Notes: a model not told the origin generated them from the letters alone. A DNA stretch of 64,000 bases from Candidatus Nomurabacteria bacterium GW2011_GWB1_43_19 (GCA_000999465.1 LCGB01000003.1:4252-68251); one strand, 5' to 3'. Counted from the stretch's first letter, positions 17,915 through 28,886 are shown. Program-made: numbers and translations.

Positions 17915-18430
17915 ATGGAAACAAAAATAATAATAGCCGGGCCGGAACATTGGCAGGAATACAAGACAATCAGGTTGAAGGCGCTAAAGGCCGACCCGAT
18001 TGCCTTCGGTGTTACATATGAGCAGGATGTTTTGCTGTCCGAAGAAGAATGGAAGGAAAGATTGTTCAACCCGTTTAGCCAGACCTACCTTGCCATGGCG
18101 AACGACAAGCCGGTAGCTCTAGCCACCGTGCGGCGCGAGAAAGCAAAAAATGTTGAACACCTGGCCACAATCAATTCCGTGTTCACTGATCCGGAATTTC
18201 GCCAACATGGGATTAGCTCCAAGATCCTTAAGAATATTCTTGATGACCTGCATGCCAACGATAAGACGGTGAAAGTCCGGCTCAGCGTGAATGTAGCCCA
18301 GGAATCTGCCCGAAAAATGTATGAAAAGAGTGGATTTTTCAAAGTGGCGATCCTGCCAAAAGAAATGAAAGTAAACGAAAAATACTACGACCAAATAGAA
18401 ATGGCGTATATATTTAAAGACAAGCTATAA
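17915..18430 (+). CDS. GNAT family acetyltransferase
   Basis: VFTDPEFRQHGI, ARKMYEKSGF. Confidence 0.88.
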   Translation: METKIIIAGPEHWQEYKTIRLKALKADPIAFGVTYEQDVLLSEEEWKERLFNPFSQTYLAMANDKPVALATVRREKAKNVEHLATINSVFTDPEFRQHGISSKILKNILDDLHANDKTVKVRLSVNVAQESARKMYEKSGFFKVAILPKEMKVNEKYYDQIEMAYIFKDKL

Positions 18431-18487
18431 AAATTATATATTTTAATACGTATTGGCGGGTTTTTACCCGGTATGGTAAAATAAGGT

Positions 18488-18604
18488 ATGGCTTTTTTGG
18501 AATACATTAAAACACCGGAAGGATTTTTAAGTTTAAGCGGAGTTGTTCTTTCGTTGGTTACTATTTTAACCAGAATATTTGTTGGATTTAAATCTGACAA
18601 ATAA
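18488..18604 (+). CDS. Small single-TM protein (38 aa, not in ORF track)
   Basis: MAFLEYIKTPEGFLSLSGVVLSLVTILTRIFVGFKSDK; TAAAAT 5 nt upstream. Confidence 0.4.
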   Translation: MAFLEYIKTPEGFLSLSGVVLSLVTILTRIFVGFKSDK

Positions 18605-18671
18605 TTTTTATTAGAAGAGAATGGCCTTATTGGCGCTTTCTTATGGTTGATAAAATGGTATAATTATTGTA

Positions 18672-18908
18672 ATGAAACATAAATACAAAATTCGTTTAAT
18701 TGAATTTTTTATTGTGGGTGTTTTGTTCGGCATTATCGAAGACTTAATTGCTATTACCATGGCGACAGAAGGAGTGTTTGAATGGAGATATCTTAGCACC
18801 GCCGCTATTGTCGCTATTCCTTTCGCCTTCATAAGTGAAATCGTAGTTGACCATCCTAATTTTTGGAAATATTTTCTACCAAAACATTGGTTCGTTACAG
18901 ATGATTAA
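18672..18908 (+). CDS. Small two-TM membrane protein
   Basis: Two hydrophobic helices; TATAAT 7 nt before ATG. Confidence 0.6.
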   Translation: MKHKYKIRLIEFFIVGVLFGIIEDLIAITMATEGVFEWRYLSTAAIVAIPFAFISEIVVDHPNFWKYFLPKHWFVTDD

Positions 18909-18927
18909 AATTTAATATACTATAAAA

Positions 18928-19078
18928 ATGAGTGTAAATAAAACTTTAAATAAATTTTCCGGCTATGCCCCGGTGGTCCTCCGCGTGGGACTCTCTTTAG
19001 TGTTTTTGTGGTTCGGTTCGGAGCAAATATGGAAGCGATGCCTGGTGCCTGGACAGATTTTTAAGCAAAATTGACTGA
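18928..19078 (+). pseudogene. DoxX-family membrane protein remnant (internal deletion plus frameshift)
   Basis: N-end LRVGLSLVFLWFGSEQ joined out of frame to C-end YGSDAWCLD. Confidence 0.55.
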
Positions 19079-19106
19079 TATAATTTTTCCGTGTATATTT
19101 GAGTTA

Positions 19107-20585
19107 ATGAAAAGAAATACTTCAATACCTAAAAATTTAGGACAGGGGCTGACTTTTGACGATGTATTACTCGTGCCGAATTACAGCGAAGTCCTGCCAA
19201 AAAACGTAATAACCGAAACCCGCCTGACCAAGAATATAAATCTCCATATTCCGTTCATGTCGGCGGCCATGGACACGGTCACCGAAGCCAGGATGGCGAT
19301 AGCCATAGCGGAGCAGGGCGGCATCGGCATCATTCATAAAAATCTTTCCATCGCCGACCAGGCGCGCGAAGTGGAAAAAGTCAAAAGATACGAATCCGGC
19401 CGGATTACCAATCCGGTGACAGTTTCGGCCGACGCGACAGCCGGCGACGTGTTTGCTATCCAGAAAAAATATCATTTCGGCGGCTTTCCGGTTTTGGATA
19501 AAAACGGATTTTTGGTGGGCATCGTTACCAACCGGGACATGCGCTTCCAGAAAGACGCTTTCGCTCCGATAGCGAAAATAATGACGACCAAACTCATAAC
19601 CGGCGGACCGCACACCACGGTAGAGGAAGCGAATAATTTATTCAACAAGCACGGCATAGAAAAGCTTCCATTGGTGGACAAAAACAACAAGTTGGTCGGA
19701 ATGATTACTTACCGGGATATCGCCAAAAGCAAGGAATACCCGAATGCCACCAAGGACAAGCTGGGCCGGCTCCGGGTCGGAGCCGCCATCGGCACGGGAG
19801 CCGACGCGCTCATCCAGGTGGACGCGCTGGTTAAGAACGACGTTGACGTGGTATGCGTGGATACCGCCCACGGGCATTCCAAAGGGGTGCTGGATGTGGT
19901 GAAAAAAATCCGCCGGGCCTACCCGAAGCTTGATATTATCGCCGGAAACGTGGCCACCGAAGAAGCGGCCCTGGCTCTGATTAAAGCGGGGGCTAACGCC
20001 ATTAAGGTCGGTATCGGCCCGGGTTCAATCTGCACCACCCGCATCGTTTCGGGAGTCGGCGTGCCGCAACTTTCAGCCGTGTCCACGGTCTACCGGGCCT
20101 GTAAAAATTTGAATATTCCGGTCATCGCCGACGGAGGTATCAAGCATAGCGGCGACGTGGTCAAGGCGCTGGCTTTCGGGGCCGATGCGGTTATGTCCGG
20201 GTCAATGTTTGCCGGCACCGATGAGTCCCCCGGTGACACGATTATAATAAATGACCAGAAATTCAAAAAGTACCGCGGGATGGGTTCGCTCGGAGCCATG
20301 CAAAGGGGCTCTAAAGACCGTTATTTCCAGGAAGACCAACATGATTTAACCAAGCTCGTTCCAGAAGGAGTTTCTGGACATGTGACCTACAAAGGCGCGC
20401 TTTCGGAAATTATCCATCAACATATCGGAGGGCTCCGCGCCGGCATGGGCTATCTGGGAGCATCCAATATTTCAAAATTACGCAATGCTTCTTTTTATAC
20501 CATTACCGGAGCGGGCTTAAATGAAAGTCATGTGCATGACATTTTTATGGTCAGCCCCGCTCCGAATTACAAAAAACAACATTAA
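19107..20585 (+). CDS. guaB: IMP dehydrogenase
   Basis: [19 protein letters not shown] pair, [11 protein letters not shown]. Confidence 0.96.
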   Translation: MKRNTSIPKNLGQGLTFDDVLLVPNYSEVLPKNVITETRLTKNINLHIPFMSAAMDTVTEARMAIAIAEQGGIGIIHKNLSIADQAREVEKVKRYESGRITNPVTVSADATAGDVFAIQKKYHFGGFPVLDKNGFLVGIVTNRDMRFQKDAFAPIAKIMTTKLITGGPHTTVEEANNLFNKHGIEKLPLVDKNNKLVGMITYRDIAKSKEYPNATKDKLGRLRVGAAIGTGADALIQVDALVKNDVDVVCVDTAHGHSKGVLDVVKKIRRAYPKLDIIAGNVATEEAALALIKAGANAIKVGIGPGSICTTRIVSGVGVPQLSAVSTVYRACKNLNIPVIADGGIKHSGDVVKALAFGADAVMSGSMFAGTDESPGDTIIINDQKFKKYRGMGSLGAMQRGSKDRYFQEDQHDLTKLVPEGVSGHVTYKGALSEIIHQHIGGLRAGMGYLGASNISKLRNASFYTITGAGLNESHVHDIFMVSPAPNYKKQH

Positions 20586-20589
20586 AAGG

Positions 20590-21453
20590 ATGCCTAACCC
20601 GGATAAAAACGCTAAAATTACCCCTCTTATCGGATTGCAATGGGGAGACGAAGGAAAGGGCAAGGGCGTGGCCCGCATCGCTTCCGGCTTAACGAAAAAT
20701 GATTTAATTGTCCGGTTCCAGGGAGGGAACAACGCCGGACACACCATCTGGCGGAGGGAAAAGGGCAAGGTGAAATGCTATGTTTTCCATCTTATTCCGT
20801 CCGGGGTCTTCGGCTCCGCCCAAATTCATCTGGGCGCCGGCATGGGCATTCCGCCGTCCCTAATCGGCTCCAGCATTGGAATTTTCAAGGCCTATGTGAC
20901 CAAAGTCGGCGAAGGGCCATTCCCGACCGAACTCGGAGGTGAACAATCCGCTCACTGGTGCCGGGACAAGAAATTTGCGGAAGAAAAAGCCAGATTTCCG
21001 AATCCCGACCCGAATAGTAAAAGCGAGTTTGAGCGGGGGATAGCGCTCCGCCGACTGGGAAGTGAAATCGGCGCGACAACCGGGCGCTTGCGCCGCACCG
21101 GCTGGCTGGACATCCCGCTCTTAAAATACGCCATCCGGATGAACGACGCGGACAAATTGGTGCTGACCAAGCTGGACATCCTGGATAATTTCAAGAAAAT
21201 AAAGGCGTGTACGCATTACCTTATCGGTAGTAAAAAAACTTCGGATATTCCTTTTGACCTGTCGCGAGAAAAAATAAAATGCGTTTATAAGTCCTTTCCT
21301 CTTTGGCAGGGGAAACTTTCCGACTACGGCCGTAAATTGCCGAAAGAGGCCCTGAACTACGTCAAATTTTTGGAAAAAGAACTGGGCGCCAAAATTATCT
21401 ATGTCGGCACCGGCCCGGAAGAACAGCACGTAGTGGAACGCTACTGGAGATAG
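20590..21453 (+). pseudogene. purA: Adenylosuccinate synthetase with large in-frame internal deletion
   Basis: QWGDEGKGK, GGNNAGHT, VGEGPFPTE, TTGRLRR, TKLD present; the GTT..GIGP and EGAQG..GTYP segments are absent. Confidence 0.75.
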
Positions 21454-21968
21454 GGTTCTAAATTTTGTCCCGTATAAAGAATTGTTTTTAAGTTGGGAAA
21501 TTTTTTAAAATCCAGATCTGCGAAACGATCAGCCCTATCATCAATAAAAATCACTTCCTCGCCCTTATGTTTGGCGCATACTCTTTCTACGGCTTCTTTC
21601 TTGCTTCCTTGTATCACAATAATTTCGGAAAACAAGGGGGTTATCCCTGTTTTTTTTATTTTATCCAACTGATATTCTTTCTCTCCATGGGTTATCATGT
21701 AACAATTTTCCTTTCTTATTTTTTTTATTATTTCCAGCAACTCCGTATTTAAAAAATCGGGGCATTTGGACATAATTTTTTCATATATATGTTCTTTGCC
21801 AAAATGAGTCAAAAAATTTCTCAAGGAAAATTCATGGCGCACTTTTTTATAATACTCTACCGCGACATGAGAGGGCACCCCGGCATCTTCCAAGCATTCA
21901 TACATGTATTTCTTGAACTGTTCCGTGTTGTTAAACAAAACATCGTCAAAATCAAATATGTATTTCAT
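21441..21968 (-). CDS. HAD family hydrolase
   Basis: IFDFDDVL motif I, FIDD motif IV. Confidence 0.8.
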   Translation of the reverse strand: MKYIFDFDDVLFNNTEQFKKYMYECLEDAGVPSHVAVEYYKKVRHEFSLRNFLTHFGKEHIYEKIMSKCPDFLNTELLEIIKKIRKENCYMITHGEKEYQLDKIKKTGITPLFSEIIVIQGSKKEAVERVCAKHKGEEVIFIDDRADRFADLDFKKFPNLKTILYTGQNLEPYLQ

Positions 21969-22915
21969 GTTATTATTTTTGCGATAACTTTCGCTAATTT
22001 AAGCGAATCATGACGAATAAGGCTCCGCTTGACGCTGTCGTTATTATTCTGGGTGGAAATTTTATTTGACAGCAAATCCTCCCGGATTACCCGCGGACTA
22101 CCATATTCGTTTTTGATAAACACTTCCTCTCCGGCGTCCTTAAGATACCTCTCTTTCTGCTCTCCTGAAAACTCTCCCTTGTTTATTAAAATAAAATCCG
22201 CCTTCCTGCCTAAATATTTTTCAACAGTACTGATATATCTTTCTGTATTCCAGCCCATCGTATGTCCTTGTTTATTCACGAGATTTACCAGAAAAATTAT
22301 CTTCGCCTTGCTTGCTTGGATGGTTTCCTGGAAATTTTCGGCAATTAAATTAGGAATAATGGAACAATAAATATTGCCGGGGCCGATGATTATATAGTCG
22401 GCGGCTAAAATTGCGTCTCTCCCTAAGGGATTCAGTATGGTGTTTCTTTCATAAAAAATTCTTTCCAAGTTGTCTCCGCCATTTTCCGTTTGCAGGTCCG
22501 CCGTATCTATTTTGCTTTCTCCGGTAATTACTTCGCCGCCTTTGAGTTCCGCGCATAAAACAGCTGCGTCTTTTGTTATCGGTATGATTTTTCCCTTGGC
22601 ATTAAATACAAAAGAGAGGATTTTAAGGCCTCGGCTGAAGTCCCCGGTAATTTTTTCCATCACCGCCAAAAGAATATTGCCCAATTTGTGCCTTCCGACT
22701 CTCCGGTTGAGAAATTCTTTTCCGGAGAGGGCGACCAGGCATTGTCTGACGTCTCCCGGCGGCATAACACCCCATTTTCTCCGGAGAACTCCGGTTGACC
22801 CTCCGTCATCCGCCATAGAGACAAGAGCCGTCAAAAAAACATCCGGAAACGTTTTAAGCCCGGAGAGTACGGTATAGCTGCCTGTTCCGCCGCCCACCGT
22901 TACAATGTGTTTCAT
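21965..22915 (-). CDS. YvcK/GlmR (CofD-like) protein
   Basis: GGGTG, DDGGSTG, PPGDVR, IGPG, RHD. Confidence 0.88.
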   Translation of the reverse strand: MKHIVTVGGGTGSYTVLSGLKTFPDVFLTALVSMADDGGSTGVLRRKWGVMPPGDVRQCLVALSGKEFLNRRVGRHKLGNILLAVMEKITGDFSRGLKILSFVFNAKGKIIPITKDAAVLCAELKGGEVITGESKIDTADLQTENGGDNLERIFYERNTILNPLGRDAILAADYIIIGPGNIYCSIIPNLIAENFQETIQASKAKIIFLVNLVNKQGHTMGWNTERYISTVEKYLGRKADFILINKGEFSGEQKERYLKDAGEEVFIKNEYGSPRVIREDLLSNKISTQNNNDSVKRSLIRHDSLKLAKVIAKIIT

Positions 22916-22979
22916 AAAAGTGATTCTAGCAAATAAAGCGCCATTTGTCTTTAACTCCTTTATATTATATATTTACTAT

Positions 22980-25900
22980 ATGATTTCAAGGATATATGTG
23001 ACGCCCAAAGGCAAGGCAGATTTCATCAATTCCTACCTGATTGCGCACAAATTCTCAAAAGAGCGGATAGAAAAAATCGCCCAAGCTCTGACGAATCCCG
23101 TCCTTGAAAACTACTCCATAAACGAGTTCCCGAAAACAGAAAAGTTTTCGTATGCTATTGAGATCGGATTTAAGCCGGGGGTCACGGACAACGCCGGGCA
23201 TACGGCGGAAGAAACAATTTACGATTTATTTCATATTCCGTCGGGTGTTGGACACCGGGATTTCGGGTGTCCAACACCCGACGGAACTCTGGCGGTGTAC
23301 ACTTCCAAAATATTTTTAATACACGAAGCGGACCGCAAAGAGGCGGAACAAATCGCCCTTTCACTTCACAATCCGCTAATTGAACGCTCTTACATCGTCA
23401 GTCGGAAAGATTTGCAGAAAAATAAAAATTTGTTTTTAGAAGCGCCGCGGGTCATCTTGGAAAAACGCGTTCCGGTAATTAACATTTCGCTTGATGTGCT
23501 CGATGACGAACTCGTTAAAATCGGCCAGGAGGGGATAAGGGACGAGAAAGGCGACCGGCGGGGACCTTTGGCGCTGGACCTTGCGTCCATGAAAGCAATT
23601 CAGGAACATTTCCGGAAATTAAAAAGAAATCCGACGGATATTGAACTGGAGTCCTTGGCCCAAACCTGGTCCGAGCATTGCAAACACACCATTTTTGCCA
23701 ATCCGATAGACGACATACATGACGGTTTGTATAAAACTTACATCAAAGGAGCCACTAATTTAATTAGGAAAAATAAGGGCCGCCGCCTGGGCGGGGCAAG
23801 TAAAAACGACTTCTGCGTATCGGTATTTTCCGACAATTCCGGCGGCATAGTTTTTGACAAGAATTATCTCATAACCCACAAAGTGGAAACGCACAATAGC
23901 CCGTCCGCCCTGGACCCCTTCGGCGGGGCCATTACCGGTATCGTCGGAGTCAACCGCGACACCATTGGCTTCGGTCTGGGCGCCAAGCCGGTGGCGAATG
24001 TTTACGGCTTTTGTTTTGGCTATCCAGAGGACGAGCAAAAATTTTTTAAAGACAAAAACATGACACAATTAATGCTTCCGCCGAAAAGAATTATGAAAGG
24101 TGTAATTAAGGGAATCAATGTCGGGGGAAATTGTTCCGGCATTCCGACTCTTTCCGGTTTTTTGAAATTTGACGATAGATACCGCGCCAAGCCTTTGGTT
24201 TTCGCCGGCACCGTCGGAATTATCCCAAGGAAAATTAACGGTAAATTCTTACACACCAAAGAGGCAAAGGCGGGTGACTATATAGTAATGGTCGGAGGCA
24301 GAGTGGGTTTGGACGGTATCCACGGAGCGACTTTTTCTTCGGTAGCGATGGATGCGAATTCCCCGGCCACCGCAGTGCAAATCGGCGACCCGATAACCCA
24401 GAAAAAATTAAGCGACGCGATTGTCAAAGAAGCGCGAGACATGGGCTTATACAACAGCATCACCGACAACGGCGCCGGCGGGCTTTCCTGTTCGGTGGCG
24501 GAAATGGCCAAGGAGTGCGGCGGAGCGAAGGTGGCATTGGAAAAAGTTCCGTTAAAATATCCGGGGTTGTGCCCCTGGGAAATATGGATTTCCGAATCAC
24601 AAGAGCGCATGACTCTCTCTGTGCCAAAAAGTAAATGGAAAAAATTTGAAAATCTTATGGAAAGCCGAGGAGTGGAAGCGACGGTTATTGGCGAATTTAC
24701 CAAGGCGGAAAAATGCGTAGTCAAATACAAAGGAAAAAAAATAATGGATATTCCGATGGATTTCCTGCATAACGGACTGCCTAAGCATCATTTATACACC
24801 TCACCCCCAGCCTCTCTCCTTGAACCCCCTTACTCCCCCTTATCAGGGGGAAACCATTTGCCTCCCCTGATAAGGGGAGGTCGGGAGGGGTTGGAGGGGA
24901 TGGCCGAAAGGCCGGGTGAGATCTACACTAAAGATTTAGAGAATCTGCTTGGCAATAAAAATATCAGCGGATTTTCTTTTGTTTCGGAACAATACGACCA
25001 TGAAGTCCAAGCATCTTCCGTATTAAAGCCCCTCTCCGGAGCAGGGCGCATCAACACCGACGCGCAGATTTTCCGCCCGGTTTTGGACTCGCCCAAGGGA
25101 GTTGTGCTGACTTCCAGCGCTTATCCGTCATATGGAGACATCAGCGCTTACAATATGGCCGCCTGCGCGATTGATACGGCGGTCAGGAACATAATTTCGG
25201 CCGGCGGAACACTCTCGCACCTGGCCATCTTGGACAACTTTTGCTGGTGCTCATCCAATGACCCGAAACGCCTTGGCCAACTTGTAGGCGCGGTCAAGGC
25301 CTGTTATGACTGCGCGGTGGGATATGGAACTCCCTTTATCTCCGGCAAGGACAGCATGTTCAACGATTTCAAAGGATATGATGAAAGGGGAAACCCGGTG
25401 GATATTTCCATTCCGCCGACATTGCTAATTTCCGCTATCAGCGTAATGCCGGATTTGTATAAGGCCGTTTCGCCTGAATTCAAAAAAACCGGAGACATTA
25501 TTTACTTGCTGGGAGAAACGAACGACGAGATGGGAGGAGGGGAGTATTTAAAGTCGTTGGGCTTCGTAGGCAATAACACCCCGAAAGTTGATGTGAAAAA
25601 AAATATGAGAACTTATCTAGCGCTGGAGAAAGCGATTCAAGAAGGATTAGTATCGTCTTCGCTTTCGGTAACTTCTGGCGGGCTGGGCATCGCCCTGGCC
25701 AAAGCCGCTGTTGGGGGGATGATGGGGTGCAATATTTCTCTAAGCCCCATAGGCAAGACCTATGGGGTAGATGTAAAGCTTTTCTCCGAAAGCCAGGGCA
25801 GAATTCTTGTTTCGGTGCCGTCTAAAAATGTTTCCGCTTTTGAAAAAATAATCAAAAATATCTCTTTCGCTAAGTTGGGCAGAGTTGTCGGAGGCGGAAA

Positions 25901-25994
25901 GGTAGTTATTATGGACAAAAGCAAGATAGTTGAGACCAATGTGAAAAAATTACACAAAATTTATCATAAATTTTCAAATGAAAACCGAAACTAA
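22980..25994 (+). CDS. purL: FGAM synthase PurL with PurS-like N-terminus and four palindromic inserts
   Basis: WSEHCKH, KVETHNSPS, DNGAGG, SESQER, SGKDS. Confidence 0.93.
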   Translation: MISRIYVTPKGKADFINSYLIAHKFSKERIEKIAQALTNPVLENYSINEFPKTEKFSYAIEIGFKPGVTDNAGHTAEETIYDLFHIPSGVGHRDFGCPTPDGTLAVYTSKIFLIHEADRKEAEQIALSLHNPLIERSYIVSRKDLQKNKNLFLEAPRVILEKRVPVINISLDVLDDELVKIGQEGIRDEKGDRRGPLALDLASMKAIQEHFRKLKRNPTDIELESLAQTWSEHCKHTIFANPIDDIHDGLYKTYIKGATNLIRKNKGRRLGGASKNDFCVSVFSDNSGGIVFDKNYLITHKVETHNSPSALDPFGGAITGIVGVNRDTIGFGLGAKPVANVYGFCFGYPEDEQKFFKDKNMTQLMLPPKRIMKGVIKGINVGGNCSGIPTLSGFLKFDDRYRAKPLVFAGTVGIIPRKINGKFLHTKEAKAGDYIVMVGGRVGLDGIHGATFSSVAMDANSPATAVQIGDPITQKKLSDAIVKEARDMGLYNSITDNGAGGLSCSVAEMAKECGGAKVALEKVPLKYPGLCPWEIWISESQERMTLSVPKSKWKKFENLMESRGVEATVIGEFTKAEKCVVKYKGKKIMDIPMDFLHNGLPKHHLYTSPPASLLEPPYSPLSGGNHLPPLIRGGREGLEGMAERPGEIYTKDLENLLGNKNISGFSFVSEQYDHEVQASSVLKPLSGAGRINTDAQIFRPVLDSPKGVVLTSSAYPSYGDISAYNMAACAIDTAVRNIISAGGTLSHLAILDNFCWCSSNDPKRLGQLVGAVKACYDCAVGYGTPFISGKDSMFNDFKGYDERGNPVDISIPPTLLISAISVMPDLYKAVSPEFKKTGDIIYLLGETNDEMGGGEYLKSLGFVGNNTPKVDVKKNMRTYLALEKAIQEGLVSSSLSVTSGGLGIALAKAAVGGMMGCNISLSPIGKTYGVDVKLFSESQGRILVSVPSKNVSAFEKIIKNISFAKLGRVVGGGKVVIMDKSKIVETNVKKLHKIYHKFSNENRN
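23236..23286. repeat. In-frame 51-bp hairpin in purL
   Basis: TTCCGTCGGGTGTTGGACACC-9 nt-GGTGTCCAACACCCGACGGAA, perfect 21-bp arms. Confidence 0.92.
23779..23800 (+). repeat. Short in-frame element (CGCC.GGGCGGGGCA family) in purL
   Basis: GCCGCCGCCTGGGCGGGGCAAG = RRLGGAS; related to 41598 and 50139. Confidence 0.6.
24799..24920. repeat. Nested in-frame palindromic insert in purL
   Basis: CTCACCC/GGGTGAG outer arms around AACCCC/GGGGTT, enclosing CCCCTTATCAGGGG and its inverse. Confidence 0.85.
25745..25767. repeat. Short in-frame hairpin in purL
   Basis: CCCCATAGG-CAAGA-CCTATGGGG = PIGKTYG. Confidence 0.65.
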
Positions 25995-26625
25995 ACAATG
26001 CCAAAACTGTCCCGATTTCTTAAATTTCAAGCAACAACTTCGCGGCTGCTATGGACTTCGTAAAAAGTCTTACTGCATTTTGAATAAACAATACAGTAAG
26101 GAAACATATGAGAATTTGAAAGAAAAAATAATTGAAAGGATGAGAGCTGGCAGAGAATGGGGACAATTCTTCCCCAAAAGCATGAGTCCTTTCGCTTACA
26201 ACGAAGCAATTGCGAATGAATATATGCCGCTTTCTAAAGAGAAAGCTGCTGTTCAGGGTTTTCGCTGGCAAGACGATATACCGAGCACCAAAGGGCAGGG
26301 AACTATGGATAATTCAAAATTACCCGAAAATCCTAATGAATATAATGATAATTTAACACAGGAGATATTAACTTGTGAAAAATGCGAAAAAAACTATAAA
26401 CTCATAAAAAGAGAGATTGGTTTTTACAAGAAGAATAAATTACTTCCTCCCCGTCAATGTTTCAATTGCCGGCACGCCCTGCGGATGAGCAAGCGCAATT
26501 CCAGAAATCTTTGGGAGGGTGTTTGCGCTAAATGTGGTAATGTAATACTTACCTCTTACAAACCTGAAGATCAAAAGATTTATAAACTTTACTGCGAAAA
26601 ATGTTATCAGCAAGAAGTATATTAA
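25978..26625 (+). pseudogene. Cys-rich zinc-ribbon paralog, internally deleted
   Basis: MKTETKQCQNC start joined to the C-terminal third (YCILNKQY, SPFAYNE, YCEKCYQQEVY) shared with three longer paralogs. Confidence 0.75.
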
Positions 26626-26632
26626 TTATCTA

Positions 26633-26666
26633 TACTTAAAACTTAGCCATGGCATAAATTTGAGTA
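26633..26666. repeat. 34-bp GCnATnGC-core palindrome
   Basis: TACTTAAAACTTA-GCCATGGC-ATAAATTTGAGTA. Confidence 0.7.
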
Positions 26667-26670
26667 TATT

Positions 26671-27492
26671 ATGAAAAAAAAGAAAAAATTAAAATTAAAA
26701 AAACCAAGAGTGATAATAATGTCCGGTTACGGGCTTAACTGCGAAGAGGAAACAAAATTCGCTTTTGAGAAAGCGGGAGCAAAAGAAAAGGTCAGCGCGG
26801 ACATCGTGCACATTAACGACCTGATAAAGAAGCCAAAAATGCTCTCGGAATACCAGATACTCGCTTTCCCGGGAGGATTTTCCTATGGTGACGATACGGG
26901 AAGCGGAAAGGCCTATGCTAATAAATTCAAGAATCATTTGTTAAAAGAACTGAAAGAATTTTTGTCCAGGGACACCCTAGCGATTGGCATTTGCAACGGA
27001 TTCCAAATTATGACGAATCTAGGTATTCTGCCGGGAGCTCTTTCCCAAAATAAGGGCGGAAAATATCTGGACAGATGGGTAGACCTGAAAGTTACGGGTC
27101 GGAGCCCTTGGCTCTCGGGCATTAAAAAAATCTCGGTTCCAATAGCCCACGGGGAGGGGTGCTATGTAATAAGAAAAAAGGAATATAAAAAAATGTCCGC
27201 CAAAGGCGGATCCGCCTCTGGCGGAAAAAACAATGGAGAAATTGCCCTCACTTACACCAAGGGAGATATTTGCCGTTTTCAAAATCTTGAAAAAAACCCG
27301 AACGGGTCGGCTTATGACATTGCCGGCGTGAACGCCTATAACGGCAGAGTCCTGGGGCTGATGCCCCATCCGGAACGGGCAATGTTTGTTTATCAAAGCC
27401 CTTTGTGGTATAAAAATAAAAAGGGCGATAAATCGGAAATGGGTCCCAGTTTGCGGATTTTTAAAAACGCAATCAAATACTTTATTAAATGA
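26671..27492 (+). CDS. purQ: FGAM synthase glutaminase subunit
   Basis: PGGFSYGD, GICNGFQ, AHGEG, NPNGS, MPHPER. Confidence 0.95.
   Translation: MKKKKKLKLKKPRVIIMSGYGLNCEEETKFAFEKAGAKEKVSADIVHINDLIKKPKMLSEYQILAFPGGFSYGDDTGSGKAYANKFKNHLLKELKEFLSRDTLAIGICNGFQIMTNLGILPGALSQNKGGKYLDRWVDLKVTGRSPWLSGIKKISVPIAHGEGCYVIRKKEYKKMSAKGGSASGGKNNGEIALTYTKGDICRFQNLEKNPNGSAYDIAGVNAYNGRVLGLMPHPERAMFVYQSPLWYKNKKGDKSEMGPSLRIFKNAIKYFIK
27196..27225. repeat. In-frame 30-bp tandem hairpin in purQ
   Basis: TCCGCCAAAGGCGGA-TCCGCCTCTGGCGGA = SAKGGSASGG. Confidence 0.88.
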
Positions 27493-28886
27493 GCGAAATT
27501 AAAGAAAAATGCGGAATAGTCGGTATATACGGCACCGGATTACCTATTGCCCGTTTAGCTTTTTTCGCTCTATTTGCGCTCCAACATAGAGGACAGGAAG
27601 CATCCGGCATCACTACCAACGACGGGAAAAAATTCCGTACTCACAAGGGCGCCGGGCTAGTATCCCAGGTTTACAAGGAAAAAGACATAAAAAAACTAAC
27701 GGGGCACATAGTCATAGGACACAACAGGTATTCAACATCAGGTGGTGGAGCCCTTAATCATGCCCAGCCGGTTGTGAATAACAATGCGTCTTTCGCTTTG
27801 GCACACAACGGAAATTTGCCAAGCGTAAAGGCTTTGAAAAAATTCCTTGCTTTAAACAAAGCGCTGCGCAAAAACCACTCGGACTCGGAACTAATAACCG
27901 ACGCCATTGATTTTTATATTAAAAAAGGCAACTCAATGGAGGCGGCGGTTATAAAAGTTTTTCCGCTCATGACCGGCGCCTTTTCCCTGGTAATGATGGA
28001 CAAGCATAATTTAATCGCTCTGCGTGATGCTTGTGGAATGCGTCCGCTGGCGCTCGGAAAAATCAAAAATGGCTATGTTGTCGCTTCGGAAACCTGCGCC
28101 CTTCAAACCATCGGCGCATCTTTCAAAAGGGAAGTGAGGCCCGGGGAAATGATTGTAATAAACAAAAAGGGACTAAAAAGCGTAAAACTGGCCAAGGCCA
28201 ACCCGAAACACGACATATTTGAATACGTTTATTTTTCCCGACCGGACAGTGTGCTTGCGGGTAAGCTAATTTATAATGTTAGGAAGAATTTCGGCAAGGC
28301 CCTGGCTCGCGAATGTAAATTAAAAATTGATGCGATAGTGCCGGTGCCCGATACGGCGACACCCGTCGCTTTAGGATACAGCCAGGTCTCCGGTATTCCA
28401 ATTGAAATGGCTTTAGTCAAAAATCGCTACGTGCATAGAACTTTCATAGAACCGGACCAAAAATCTCGCCGACGTAGCGTGGCTCTTAAACTCATACCTC
28501 TCCCGCAGGTCTTAAAAGGCAAAAAAATAGCGCTCATTGATGACTCTATAGTTAGAGGACATACATGTAAAAGATTGGTAAAAAGACTTTTTAAGGCAGG
28601 GGCTAAAGAAGTGCATCTATTAATCTCTTCTCCGCCCATACGTTTTCCGGACTTTTATGGCATGGATACTCCAAACCAAAATGAATTGATTGCATCTTTT
28701 AAAACCGTAGAAGAAATCCGTAAATTTATGGAAGCTACATCGTTACACTATCTTTCGCTTGAGGGGCTGATAAAATCCGTCGGCCTGCCGAAGACGCATC
28801 TTTCCACTTCATGCTTTACGGGTGTTTTTCCTATTGATTTAAAAGAAAGAAAAAATGAAGTAGATTATAATGTTTCAAGAAAATAA
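27489..28886 (+). CDS. purF: Amidophosphoribosyltransferase
   Basis: CGIVG, LQHRGQE, HNGN, DDSIVRG. Confidence 0.96.
   Translation: MSEIKEKCGIVGIYGTGLPIARLAFFALFALQHRGQEASGITTNDGKKFRTHKGAGLVSQVYKEKDIKKLTGHIVIGHNRYSTSGGGALNHAQPVVNNNASFALAHNGNLPSVKALKKFLALNKALRKNHSDSELITDAIDFYIKKGNSMEAAVIKVFPLMTGAFSLVMMDKHNLIALRDACGMRPLALGKIKNGYVVASETCALQTIGASFKREVRPGEMIVINKKGLKSVKLAKANPKHDIFEYVYFSRPDSVLAGKLIYNVRKNFGKALARECKLKIDAIVPVPDTATPVALGYSQVSGIPIEMALVKNRYVHRTFIEPDQKSRRRSVALKLIPLPQVLKGKKIALIDDSIVRGHTCKRLVKRLFKAGAKEVHLLISSPPIRFPDFYGMDTPNQNELIASFKTVEEIRKFMEATSLHYLSLEGLIKSVGLPKTHLSTSCFTGVFPIDLKERKNEVDYNVSRK

Noticed and set aside
17800-18021. Tyr-rich ORF as a leader peptide
   Set aside because: The Tyr codons come from the TACGTA palindrome; it overlaps the GNAT gene and has no terminator/antiterminator pair.
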